DNA from: Bdellovibrionota bacterium
GTDB lineage: Bacteria; Bdellovibrionota_C; UBA2361; OMII01
Direction: 5' to 3'
DNA: 64,000 nt
Assembly: GCA_044351795.1 (NCBI GenBank)
Contig: JBILFA010000001.1
Location: 28,094 to 92,093 of the forward strand
The notes beneath the pieces were generated by a model, which was not told where the DNA came from, ran no database searches, and worked only from the letters and a program-made list of their open reading frames with translations. The stretch's first letter is position 1, and each line of letters starts with the position of its first letter. Positions 19,017 through 26,095 of the stretch are shown here, in pieces. Made by a program: the position numbers and the translations under genes.

Positions 19017-20231
19017 ATGGATTGGCCAAGTATATGGATACAAAGAGATTTTGAAGGTCTCTTAGAGTCTGCCTCGTCTCTGGGGCCCTTCTCGGTGCTG
19101 CTCCTACTTGGCCCGAGACAGGTAGGGAAAAGCTCGCTTCTCAACCGGTGCACGCCACTCGGCACCCAGAAAGTGAATCTCGATGATTTGGACGTCCGCA
19201 CTCGAGCGAATCAAGATCCTGCGTTGTTCGGCCGGGAGCTGGAGGTTCCGCTCCTCATCGATGAAATACAGTATGCGCCTGCTCTGTTGAGTCAGGTCAA
19301 AATACTTGCTGACCGCTTCCCGCGAGAGCTCAAGATCTTTCTCACTGGCTCGCAGAGTTTCGAGGTGATGCCTGGTGTCCGCGAAAGCCTCGCGGGTCGG
19401 GTTGCGATTCTCAATCTTTTCGGACTCTCGCTATCCGAGAAGGGGCTATCTGACGAGACTTCGCCCATCGAGTTTTTCAAGGAGTTTTTCATCGGAACAT
19501 TTCCAGCACTCCGTACCAGTGAGAATCCTGTCTGGACGCGCTACATGAGCAGTTACGTGCAGACCTACGTTCAAAGAGATGTCGGTGAACTGCTGGGTAT
19601 CCAAAAGCGCAGAGAGTTCGAACTCTTCTTGAAAGCGTGCGCACTGCGGACTGGCCAGCTGATTAACTATGAAGAATTGGCGCGGGATTCGTCAGTATCG
19701 GCAGCCACTGCTAAAGAATGGCTATCGATCTTGGAAGACAGCTTCCTTATTCGGCTCGTGCATCCTCATTTCAACAATCGCACCAAACGATTGATAAAGA
19801 CACCGAAGCTTTACTTCCTGGACACTGGCCTGTGTGCCTATCTCGCAGGATGGCGTGATAGTGAGCAGATTCGTGTCGGGCCGTGGGCTGGAGCGTTTTT
19901 TGAGACTGCAGTTTTCGGTGAGCTAGTCAGATACTTTTCGCACCGGGGCCTCGATTATCAGATTCACTTCTGGCGAGACAAGGACGGTAATGAAGTTGAC
20001 TTTCTAGTAGAAACGGGGGGAAGAATCTACCCAATCGAGGTCAAGCTCGGCACCCCTAATCCACGCGATCTTTGCTCTCTCGAGAGACTACAAGTTCCGG
20101 GTATCGAAGACGGTACTGTCGTCTCTATGGCTATGAGGGCAGCTGAAGGTGGGAGGAGAGCGCATGTCAAGGATCGATGGGTAGCGGCTGGTGTCAGAAT
20201 CGATAGAGTATTCGGACGTGCTGCAGTCTGA
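19017..20231 (+). CDS. AAA+ ATPase with DUF4143-like domain (paralogue of 15686–16852)
   Basis: Walker A GPRQVGKSSLL, Walker B LLIDEIQ; same architecture as 15686–16852. Confidence 0.75.
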   Translation: MDWPSIWIQRDFEGLLESASSLGPFSVLLLLGPRQVGKSSLLNRCTPLGTQKVNLDDLDVRTRANQDPALFGRELEVPLLIDEIQYAPALLSQVKILADRFPRELKIFLTGSQSFEVMPGVRESLAGRVAILNLFGLSLSEKGLSDETSPIEFFKEFFIGTFPALRTSENPVWTRYMSSYVQTYVQRDVGELLGIQKRREFELFLKACALRTGQLINYEELARDSSVSAATAKEWLSILEDSFLIRLVHPHFNNRTKRLIKTPKLYFLDTGLCAYLAGWRDSEQIRVGPWAGAFFETAVFGELVRYFSHRGLDYQIHFWRDKDGNEVDFLVETGGRIYPIEVKLGTPNPRDLCSLERLQVPGIEDGTVVSMAMRAAEGGRRAHVKDRWVAAGVRIDRVFGRAAV

Positions 20232-20257
20232 GGCTGTGGTGGCTTCATAGCGTTCTC

Positions 20258-20600
20258 TGACGGGCGCACTGCGGTGATTGAAAATTTTCGGGGTGTGCGG
20301 AGTTTTGGGTTTAGGTGTGTGAAGAGCACACGGCTGTGGTCGCAGCGAAGGGGCATGCGGAGTGTATCGATGCGTTTCTGCCGGCGGTGCGGGGGGAGGA
20401 TGTTGTGATCCTTTCTTGGGAGAAGATCCGGAATGTTACGCGGGCTACTGTGCTTGCTCGGGAGGCTGTGCGGAGTGGGGTTTCGTTTCGGGTTGAGTAG
20501 GGTTTTGGGGGTTCCGGCTTTAGGCGACCGGGACGGTCGCGGTCCATGGGGTTGTGATTCCGTAATAGCTTATGTCGATGATGCAGGCGCACGGCGGGGG
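20258..20600 (+). repeat. repeat copy S3: oxidoreductase 3'-fragment (…GVSFRVE*) plus H1' (20523–20540) and a degenerate second hairpin
   Basis: Starts 27 nt after the ATPase stop. Several substitutions (e.g. …VVAAKGHAECIDAFLPAVRGEDVVILSWEKIRNV…) suggest an older or decaying copy. Confidence 0.8.
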
Positions 20601-20671
20601 AATACATTCGAGTGGATTCGTTCATCAAAAGACGACAACATGTAATTAGCTGTTTATTTAATGATGCTTGT

Positions 20672-20965
20672 ATGATCGACTTAAACGACATTCACTCTCT
20701 CTCTGATTTTCAGCGGAACGCTAAGGACCACATCGAGCGCTTGAAGAAAACCGGAAAGCCTGAGGTCTTAACCGTCAACGGGAGGGCAGAAGTAATTGTC
20801 CAAGACGCCCAATCGTACCAAGCGCTCATAGAAACGATCGAGCGTCTCGAAACCCTCGCTGGTCTCCGACTTGGGCTTCAGGAGGTCGAGCAAGGCAAGA
20901 CCGCATCGGCTCAAGATGTCTTTACTCGCATGCGCACTAAGCACAAGATTCCCAAGCGCGCATGA
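20672..20965 (+). CDS. Phd/YefM-family type II antitoxin
   Basis: MIDLNDIHSLSDFQRNAKDHIERLKKTGKPEVLTVNGRAEVIVQDAQSYQALIETIE… matches the Phd/YefM fold pattern. Start probably at the internal ATG 20672 rather than 20612. Stop overlaps the next ORF's ATG (ATGA). Confidence 0.7.
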   Translation: MIDLNDIHSLSDFQRNAKDHIERLKKTGKPEVLTVNGRAEVIVQDAQSYQALIETIERLETLAGLRLGLQEVEQGKTASAQDVFTRMRTKHKIPKRA

Positions 20966-21066
20966 TCTTCAAAGTACAGATTACCCAGCAGGCCGAAGCC
21001 GAATTAAATGAAGCCTACGAATGGATCGCCAACCAGTCGCTAGAACAGGCAGTGGTCTGGTTCAAG
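20962..21066 (+). pseudogene. RelE/ParE-family toxin, N-terminal about 35 aa only; truncated by insertion of repeat copy S4
   Basis: MIFKVQITQQAEAELNEAYEWIANQSLEQAVVWF is a typical ParE N-terminus. Reading frame then runs directly into the repeat (KGLKSKRLWSQQKGH…GVSFRVE*). Confidence 0.65.
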
Positions 21067-21320
21067 GGTTTAAAGAGCAAGCGCTTGTGGTCGCAGCAGA
21101 AGGGGCATGCGGAGTGTATGGATGCGTTTCTGCGGGCTGTGCGGGGGGAGGACGTTGTTATTCCTTCGTGGGAGGAGACCCGGAATGTTACGCGGGCTAC
21201 TGTGTTGGTTCGCGAGGCTGTGCGGAGTGGGGTTTCGTTTCGGGTTGAGTAGGGTTTTGGGGGTTCCGGCCTTAGGCGATCGGGACGGTCGCCGTCCGTA
21301 GGGATGTTATTCCGTAATGG
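21064..21320 (+). repeat. repeat copy S4 (short, begins at …KGLKSKRLWSQQ) plus hairpin ggcgatcgggacggtcgcc (21275–21292)
   Basis: Direct sequence identity to the other S copies; 5' boundary lies inside the parE coding sequence. Confidence 0.8.
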
Positions 21321-21371
21321 CTGAGGTCTATGAGGTACGCGCACGGGAAACGTGAGGATTGCTCTGGCGAT

Positions 21372-22652
21372 TTACTCTGTAGCATGAGCCACTCTAAATG
21401 CCGGGGCCATTCGGGCTTGCTCACTCTTGCCGATCTTTATCCCCTTTGCCTCAATCGGCCATGCTTTGACTGCCTTTATGACTCGGTTGATTGTCGCCTT
21501 GGCTTGTTTCGCATTCAACCGAAAGAAAGGTGCAACCTCTAACGCGAGGTCCAGTGACTGTGCGTTGTCGGTCTCGGATATATTAAGTAGTAGTCCATCT
21601 CCTAGGGGATTTGGGTTTACGTCGTACATGGGAGAGAGCGCCCACCCTTGCGGAGTAAGGAGGAATCCGTGATTACGCAGATGATCGTCTACGTTGGAAA
21701 CACATATCGAGAAAACGATTCGAGTCCACAGCTCATGCAGGTCTCTTTGAGGGCAAGCTCCGCTTCGAACAATAAGCTCTGCAAGCTCTAGATAGCTTGC
21801 GCCATCTGAACCGCTGTCGCCATCATTTCGCTGAAGAAGGGTCATGGCAGAAGCAAAATGAATTCTCGAGCGCCGAGCACCTCGATCAAATCGCTGCGTA
21901 AGAAAGGTATGGTGATCAGAGGCCAGCGTCCTCAAGCGCACGTTTGCCACATCTAGCCCGGCTTTTTTAGCAAGGGTGTGAGCCAGGTACTCCCATGCTC
22001 CGACATCATAGGTGTCACCTTTGCTGGGAAATTTCGCAATCCACAGAGCACCTTTAGGATCAATCACACTTGCCTTGGGTCTCGCACCTCCAAGAGAAGC
22101 CCCTGGAGCCATGAGCATAGAGAGCCATTTCTTGTAGCCAGGCTTGGTTTCAGCTCCGCTTTTCTCTAGCTGTAGGCTTGCGTGCTCTAGCTCGCGAAGC
22201 GATGTCCAGGGTGGTGCTGCGTAGGCATGATCGTCATCGAGGAAGGGGCCATCGGCGCTTGTCTTGAATCGTAAGCCTCCCATGCGGTGACCATCGTAGA
22301 CCCCCAGGAGGTAGTCAGACTCTCGAAGTGGCACAACTGCCCTACCCTCCTCTCGAGCTCGTTGGGCTTCCCGGCGGTCCATGAGTACTCGGCCCCATCG
22401 GTCCGGGCTGGAATCCAGGAAGAGGTTGAAGCTACCTGCTCCTTCTGGGGCGTATTGAACTCCGGTATAGAGAGCAAGCGAGGGATCCAGGTTTTGAGCG
22501 TTCGGAGATTGCAACCACTCCTTGTCGTACTCAAATGCAAAGATCTCTCTACCCCTTCCAGGAGAGGCGTACAGAGTACCGAGCCTCTGCGGGTTCTCCA
22601 TACCGATCCAGTCGGCCCACACCTCGATGCGCTTTCTCTCTCCCTTTCGCAT
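21372..22652 (-). CDS. hipA: HipA-family serine/threonine kinase toxin
   Basis: About 426 aa; HipA N-terminal coupling domain plus C-terminal kinase-like region (GGARPKASV…WIAKFPS, DDHLRNHGFLL with catalytic D-x-H-x-x-N). Confidence 0.85.
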   Translation of the reverse strand: MRKGERKRIEVWADWIGMENPQRLGTLYASPGRGREIFAFEYDKEWLQSPNAQNLDPSLALYTGVQYAPEGAGSFNLFLDSSPDRWGRVLMDRREAQRAREEGRAVVPLRESDYLLGVYDGHRMGGLRFKTSADGPFLDDDHAYAAPPWTSLRELEHASLQLEKSGAETKPGYKKWLSMLMAPGASLGGARPKASVIDPKGALWIAKFPSKGDTYDVGAWEYLAHTLAKKAGLDVANVRLRTLASDHHTFLTQRFDRGARRSRIHFASAMTLLQRNDGDSGSDGASYLELAELIVRSGACPQRDLHELWTRIVFSICVSNVDDHLRNHGFLLTPQGWALSPMYDVNPNPLGDGLLLNISETDNAQSLDLALEVAPFFRLNAKQAKATINRVIKAVKAWPIEAKGIKIGKSEQARMAPAFRVAHATE

Positions 22653-22660
22653 GGTGTGCT

Positions 22661-22981
22661 CTACGTGCGCCTCATTTTGGGCGCACGCTCCTTTGGTTTG
22701 AGCTCAGAGTCTTGCAGCTTTCGCCCCAACACATCATCCCTTCCCAAGTGAGCAAGGTCCTCCTGGAGCCCCAAGGCGGCAAGAACATTGACGTAGGCAC
22801 CCATGGCTACGCTCCCATCGCCACGCTCGATGGAGCGTAGGGTCGGAAGAGATATGTCCGCTCGCTCCGCTACGATTTGGCTTGAGAAGCGCCGTCGTAG
22901 CCTAGCTAGCCTTAGGTTCTCTCCCACTTGGCGTAGAAGGCGCTGTGCCGAGGGTAGAATGACAGGTGTACGCTTGGCCAT
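22661..22981 (-). CDS. hipB: XRE-family HTH regulator (HipB-like antitoxin)
   Basis: Cro/C1-type HTH (LRLARLRRRFSSQIVAERADISLPTLRSIERGD) immediately upstream of hipA, 9-nt spacer. Real start probably MAKRT (22981). Confidence 0.7.
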   Translation of the reverse strand: MAKRTPVILPSAQRLLRQVGENLRLARLRRRFSSQIVAERADISLPTLRSIERGDGSVAMGAYVNVLAALGLQEDLAHLGRDDVLGRKLQDSELKPKERAPKMRRT

Positions 22982-23044
22982 AACAGCAAATATAATTACC
23001 AATAAAATGCTTTATTGCAACTTTATTTTCACCTATTTTAAGAG

Positions 23045-23400
23045 CACGTGCGTGTGGTCGCAGCAAAAGGGGCATGCGGAGTGTATCGATGCGTTTCTGC
23101 GGGCGGTGCGGGGAGAGGATGTTGTGCTCCCTTCGTGGGAGGAGATCCGGAATGTTACGCGGGCTACTGTGTTGGCTCGGGAGGCTGTTCGCAGTGGGGT
23201 TGCGTTTCGGGTGTAGGAAGGCGGCTGTGTCGGTCGCCGTTTGTTGGACCCCACCTCTGAGCCACCTTCGCAATCGACATGATCGTCAAATGCAGGCGTA
23301 TGTCGATGGTGCCAACGCACGGCGACCGACAGGGTCGCCCTCCCCGGGGATTCGGGGAGGGTTGAAGGCTCTGGCGCGGACGGCAGCACGCCGTCCCTCC
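23045..23400 (+). repeat. repeat copy A3: oxidoreductase 3'-fragment (…GVAFRV*) plus H1 (23320–23338), a GGGGAGGG-type stem (23337–23364) and H2 (23373–23396)
   Basis: …WSQQKGHAECIDAFLRAVRGEDVVLPSWEEIRNVTRATVLAREAVRSGVAFRV*; ggcgaccgacagggtcgcc; ccctccccggggattcggggaggg; gcgcggacggcagcacgccgtccc. Confidence 0.8.
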
Positions 23401-23422
23401 TGGGCCATCGGCGTTTGCGATT

Positions 23423-24110
23423 TCAGCGAGCTAATGAACAAAACGTCTGAATTTGAGCAAATATCTTTTCTGCTCTCACCCGTTCGGACCGATGTAGGCA
23501 TCCATACACTGCATCTATGAAATCCTGGTCTTGCAATAGGACGCTGAATTGATTGCGAAGGAACCCTCTCACTTCCCTATCGGCCGTTACCAGCTTATCG
23601 ACGAAATTACTACAGCCGTCGATTACCAATACTATATCTTCAATATCGCTGGAGCCGCGGTAATCGTTCTGGCCCCGCGAATGAAAGGCCTCAAGCTTGG
23701 TCGCGATGAAACATGCAAGAGATAGTATCTTTATCTTGGTACCGGAGGGCAGCGAATACTCCTGACACTCTTGATATCCCTTGTCATACCATCTGTTCGA
23801 AAAACCAAGTATGTCTTCCGCCAAGGGCATGACATCAACGGTTATGTTTTTATAAATCCATCGGCAGATCGGGGCTCCAACCCTGGAATCATTTGCAAAG
23901 CCTTTTCGTCACAGCTCATAGGAGAGTTCGTCGAACTGCTTTTTGGATCCTACTTCCACGATGCAATCGACATCCTCAGTAGGGCGAGATTCAGGAGCTC
24001 CCTTACTATCGATATACAAGGAGGCAGTGGCTCCACCTACGAAAACAGCCTGACTCAACAGTTACCCGAGGCCTGCTGCTACTATCTCTAATCTTTCAAT
24101 ATTGGTGTTC
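23423..24110 (-). pseudogene. minimal nucleotidyltransferase (AbiEii/MNT-like), apparently frameshifted
   Basis: One frame gives LSQAVFVGGATASLYIDSKGAPESRPTEDVDCIVEV (GG…S…DxD NTase motif) ending in a stop just before the 135-aa ORF 23423–23830 in another frame. No single open frame spans the gene. Confidence 0.4.
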
Positions 24111-24127
24111 ATGCGATTGGGACACAG

Positions 24128-24690
24128 TCACGCTACACCGCCAAGCTCAACTCCGAACCTCTTTTCGAGTTCTCGCTTGGCAATCTTCTGCTCACGGACC
24201 CTACCTATACGTAGGGCATCGACTAATGAGAGAAGCTCGTGCAATTCTCTATCCTTGGACGCCGCGAATGGCGCGCTCGAATAGAGGGGCGTTACCGAGT
24301 GCCCCCTGATATCTCCATCAGGGAATGGCCACACGTACTGATCTTCCTTTGCGCTCACGATACCCTTTGAAAGTGGTAGTGCGGAATGAGCAGTCGCTAT
24401 ACCTCGAACCACCGGACCAAGCTCGACGGGAAAAACATACTTCAATCCATACACAAGAAATTCCAAGGCATTCCGCTTAAGCACCGCTTTCTTATCAGAG
24501 CTCAGTAGTTGGGATCTGACGAGCCGCTCGAGCCCATGCGAAATCTCTGAGGGGCTTACCCCTACATCTACCGCTAGATCAATCACTCTGGGGGTAGCCT
24601 CCAAGGTGAGTATCTTGAGCAGTATCAGGATATCTTGTGGTTTTAACGGTGAGGTTCTTCGCATAAGAGATCTTGCCTCCTCCATAACTA
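24128..24690 (-). CDS. HTH-domain protein (AbiEi-like / transcriptional-regulator antitoxin candidate)
   Basis: Putative wHTH region ILILLKILTLEATPRVIDLAVDVGVSPSEISHGLERL. 3' end 17 nt from the NTase gene. Annotated 5' end (24736) overlaps a perfect palindrome, so the real start is probably downstream (about 24650–24690). Confidence 0.45.
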
Positions 24691-24704
24691 TCATACTATG
24701 CATT

Positions 24705-24731
24705 TTGTGATTTGCAAATTGCAAATCACAA
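24705..24731. promoter_or_regulatory. perfect 27-bp palindrome TTGTGATTTGCAA-A-TTGCAAATCACAA at the 5' end of the HTH gene (candidate operator)
   Basis: Read directly: ttgtgatttgcaaattgcaaatcacaa, symmetric about AATT. Confidence 0.5.
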
Positions 24732-24837
24732 CACAAATAGTTTTAATAATTTACCCCCATCTCAGGCGACACGGGCGCTGTTACCGGATCGTATGAGGGG
24801 TAAATTGCCATGTCTTGAGATGCCCCATTGCGCCGGC

Positions 24838-24919
24838 TCACTTTTCGCTTGGGTTTGCGGATGGGTCGATTGGGAACATTCACTACTTTGCCAACGGTAG
24901 TCGTAAGGTGCCTAAGGAA
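24838..24919 (+). repeat. 3'-truncated fragment of the oxidoreductase repeat (FSLGFADGSIGNIHYFANGSRKVPKE|), interrupted by the REP/RAYT unit
   Basis: cttttcgcttgggtttgcggatgggtcgattgggaacattcactactttgccaacggtagtcgtaaggtgcctaaggaa then diverges. Confidence 0.65.
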
Positions 24920-25012
24920 GCGAGGCAAAACCCCTCCCTGCTGCGAAAGCGGATCTTGGGTTGCTCTTCAATTTTCACGACGGTGAAAAATCCTCAATGT
25001 ATCGCAGCGGGC

Positions 25013-25035
25013 AAAGTCGTGACAGTCACGACTTT
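25013..25035. repeat. REP-like hairpin AAAGTCGTGA-cag-TCACGACTTT (left flank of RAYT gene)
   Basis: Perfect 10-bp inverted repeat; related to the GGGAAAGTCGTG…CACGACTTTCCC hairpins at 25743–25771 and 26141–26168. Confidence 0.75.
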
Positions 25036-25703
25036 ACCACTTTTGGCCGACCCATTTTAGGAGGGTGAGCCATTACCCCATATTCTCTCTCCAAAGAATC
25101 GAGAAAGTCCGTCGTACCCGTGGGCAGGTCGCGGAATGTACATCTCCTCAGTTGAGCTACATCCTCAGGATTCTCGCTGACAGCCAGCCATGATTCCCAA
25201 TCCGTCTTGCTCCGGAGTCTTTCGGCGTAGGGGCCCTCGGTCGAAATGAGCGGGTCAGCGCTGCCTGCGCAGTGAGCACGAGCGCTCGACCATGCATAAT
25301 CGGTTGCCTGCCGCACCATATGGGCCTTGACTGGATTCTGCAGAATATAGCGGACGGCAGTCCAAAAGAATCGGTCGTCAACGGGACTGGAGTAAAACCG
25401 AGCTTGCCAGAGGTGTCCGGTCCAGCCACCCCTGGCGTTAATGTACTCTGCGTACCGCTTGTGCGAGGTTTGGAATGTCCACTGCAGAGAATCCTTTTCC
25501 AATGGTACCACGAGGTGGTGCACATGATTTGTCATCAGCGCATAAGTCAAGACTTGGGCGCCGTGCCGGGCTGCGCTCTGAGCCAAAAGGTTTAGGTAAA
25601 CCTCCCTATCCCCATCACAGAAGAATACATCCTGCCTGCGCCCCCCGCGTTGGGTCACATGGTGTGGAATGTTTGGAATTACGATTCGACCGCGTCTTGC
25701 CAT
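25026..25703 (-). mobile_element. IS200-like Y1 (HUH) transposase, REP-associated (RAYT-like) / TnpA_IS200 family
   Basis: HxH motif (TNHVHHLVVP) and catalytic Tyr region (WTGHLWQARFYSSPV); about 225 aa. Flanked by matching palindromic hairpins. ORF-finder start at 25763 lies inside the hairpin; MARRGRIV at 25703 is the likely start. Confidence 0.8.
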
Positions 25704-25771
25704 GCTGCTAATTCGGCATCCAAGGGCAGAAGTTGCGTAAAGTGGGAAAGTCGTGGCTGTCACGACTTTCC
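25697..25771. repeat. REP unit copy 1 (direct repeat containing hairpin GGGAAAGTCGTG-gctg-TCACGACTTTCCC)
   Basis: …gctgctaattcggcatccaagggcagaagttgcgtaaagtgggaaagtcgtggctgtcacgactttccc; duplicated at 26096–26168 with 5 mismatches. Confidence 0.8.
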
Positions 25772-26095
25772 CGCCAAGCTGTACTCGCTCGAGAGAGTAT
25801 TTGGAGGGGGGTTAAGAAGCGTCTGCGAAGCGGACATACAGCTGCGGTTCCCGGCTAGTTTGGAGATGCTATCAAGTTACCGGTAGGTTATGCGGCTGGG
25901 AGTAGTTCAAGTCGCGTACTCTTCGGATATAGTATTCCGTTTGGGATTGATGGGGTGTTCAGGGCGGCGGGGGTTGCGGGCGCAACTGCTCGGCTGTGTC
26001 AAAGGTCTCCTTAGGCGCTAGATCTGCCCGGATACGATCGAAATGGACGGTTTTGGACGATTTCTGCTCTGTCGAAGCAGGGGGGGGCGCCTTGC

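Noticed and set aside
11013-23389. Recurrent antisense ORFs across the repeats (e.g. 11013–11426, 12677–13210, 15124–15621, 18546–19043, 20311–20691, 21015–21344, 23033–23389, all − strand, Pro/Arg/Ser-rich, containing …ACPFCCDHKRLLF…)
   Set aside because: They are the reverse-strand reading of the conserved oxidoreductase fragment and GC-rich hairpins, low-complexity, with start positions varying with the repeat boundary; artefacts of high GC and repetition rather than genes.
10966-24919. Possibility that the repeated units form a CRISPR array
   Set aside because: Repeat units are hundreds of bp, protein-coding-derived, variable in length and separated by multi-kb gene cassettes of different sizes. 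There are no short uniform direct repeats or spacers and no cas genes.
10966-24919. Possibility that the cassette array is a classical integron
   Set aside because: No intI-type integrase or attI adjacent within the window; cargo genes are in mixed orientations; the repeats are about 300 bp gene fragments plus multiple hairpins, not single 60–120 bp attC sites. Cannot exclude an integron-like mechanism without whole-genome context.
25772-26095. Possible cargo gene between the two REP copies downstream of the RAYT gene
   Set aside because: Only short ORFs (67 aa or less) that overlap the hairpin repeats (e.g. 25996–26199, 26011–26214, which translate the palindrome as …VTATTFP…); no convincing coding signal.
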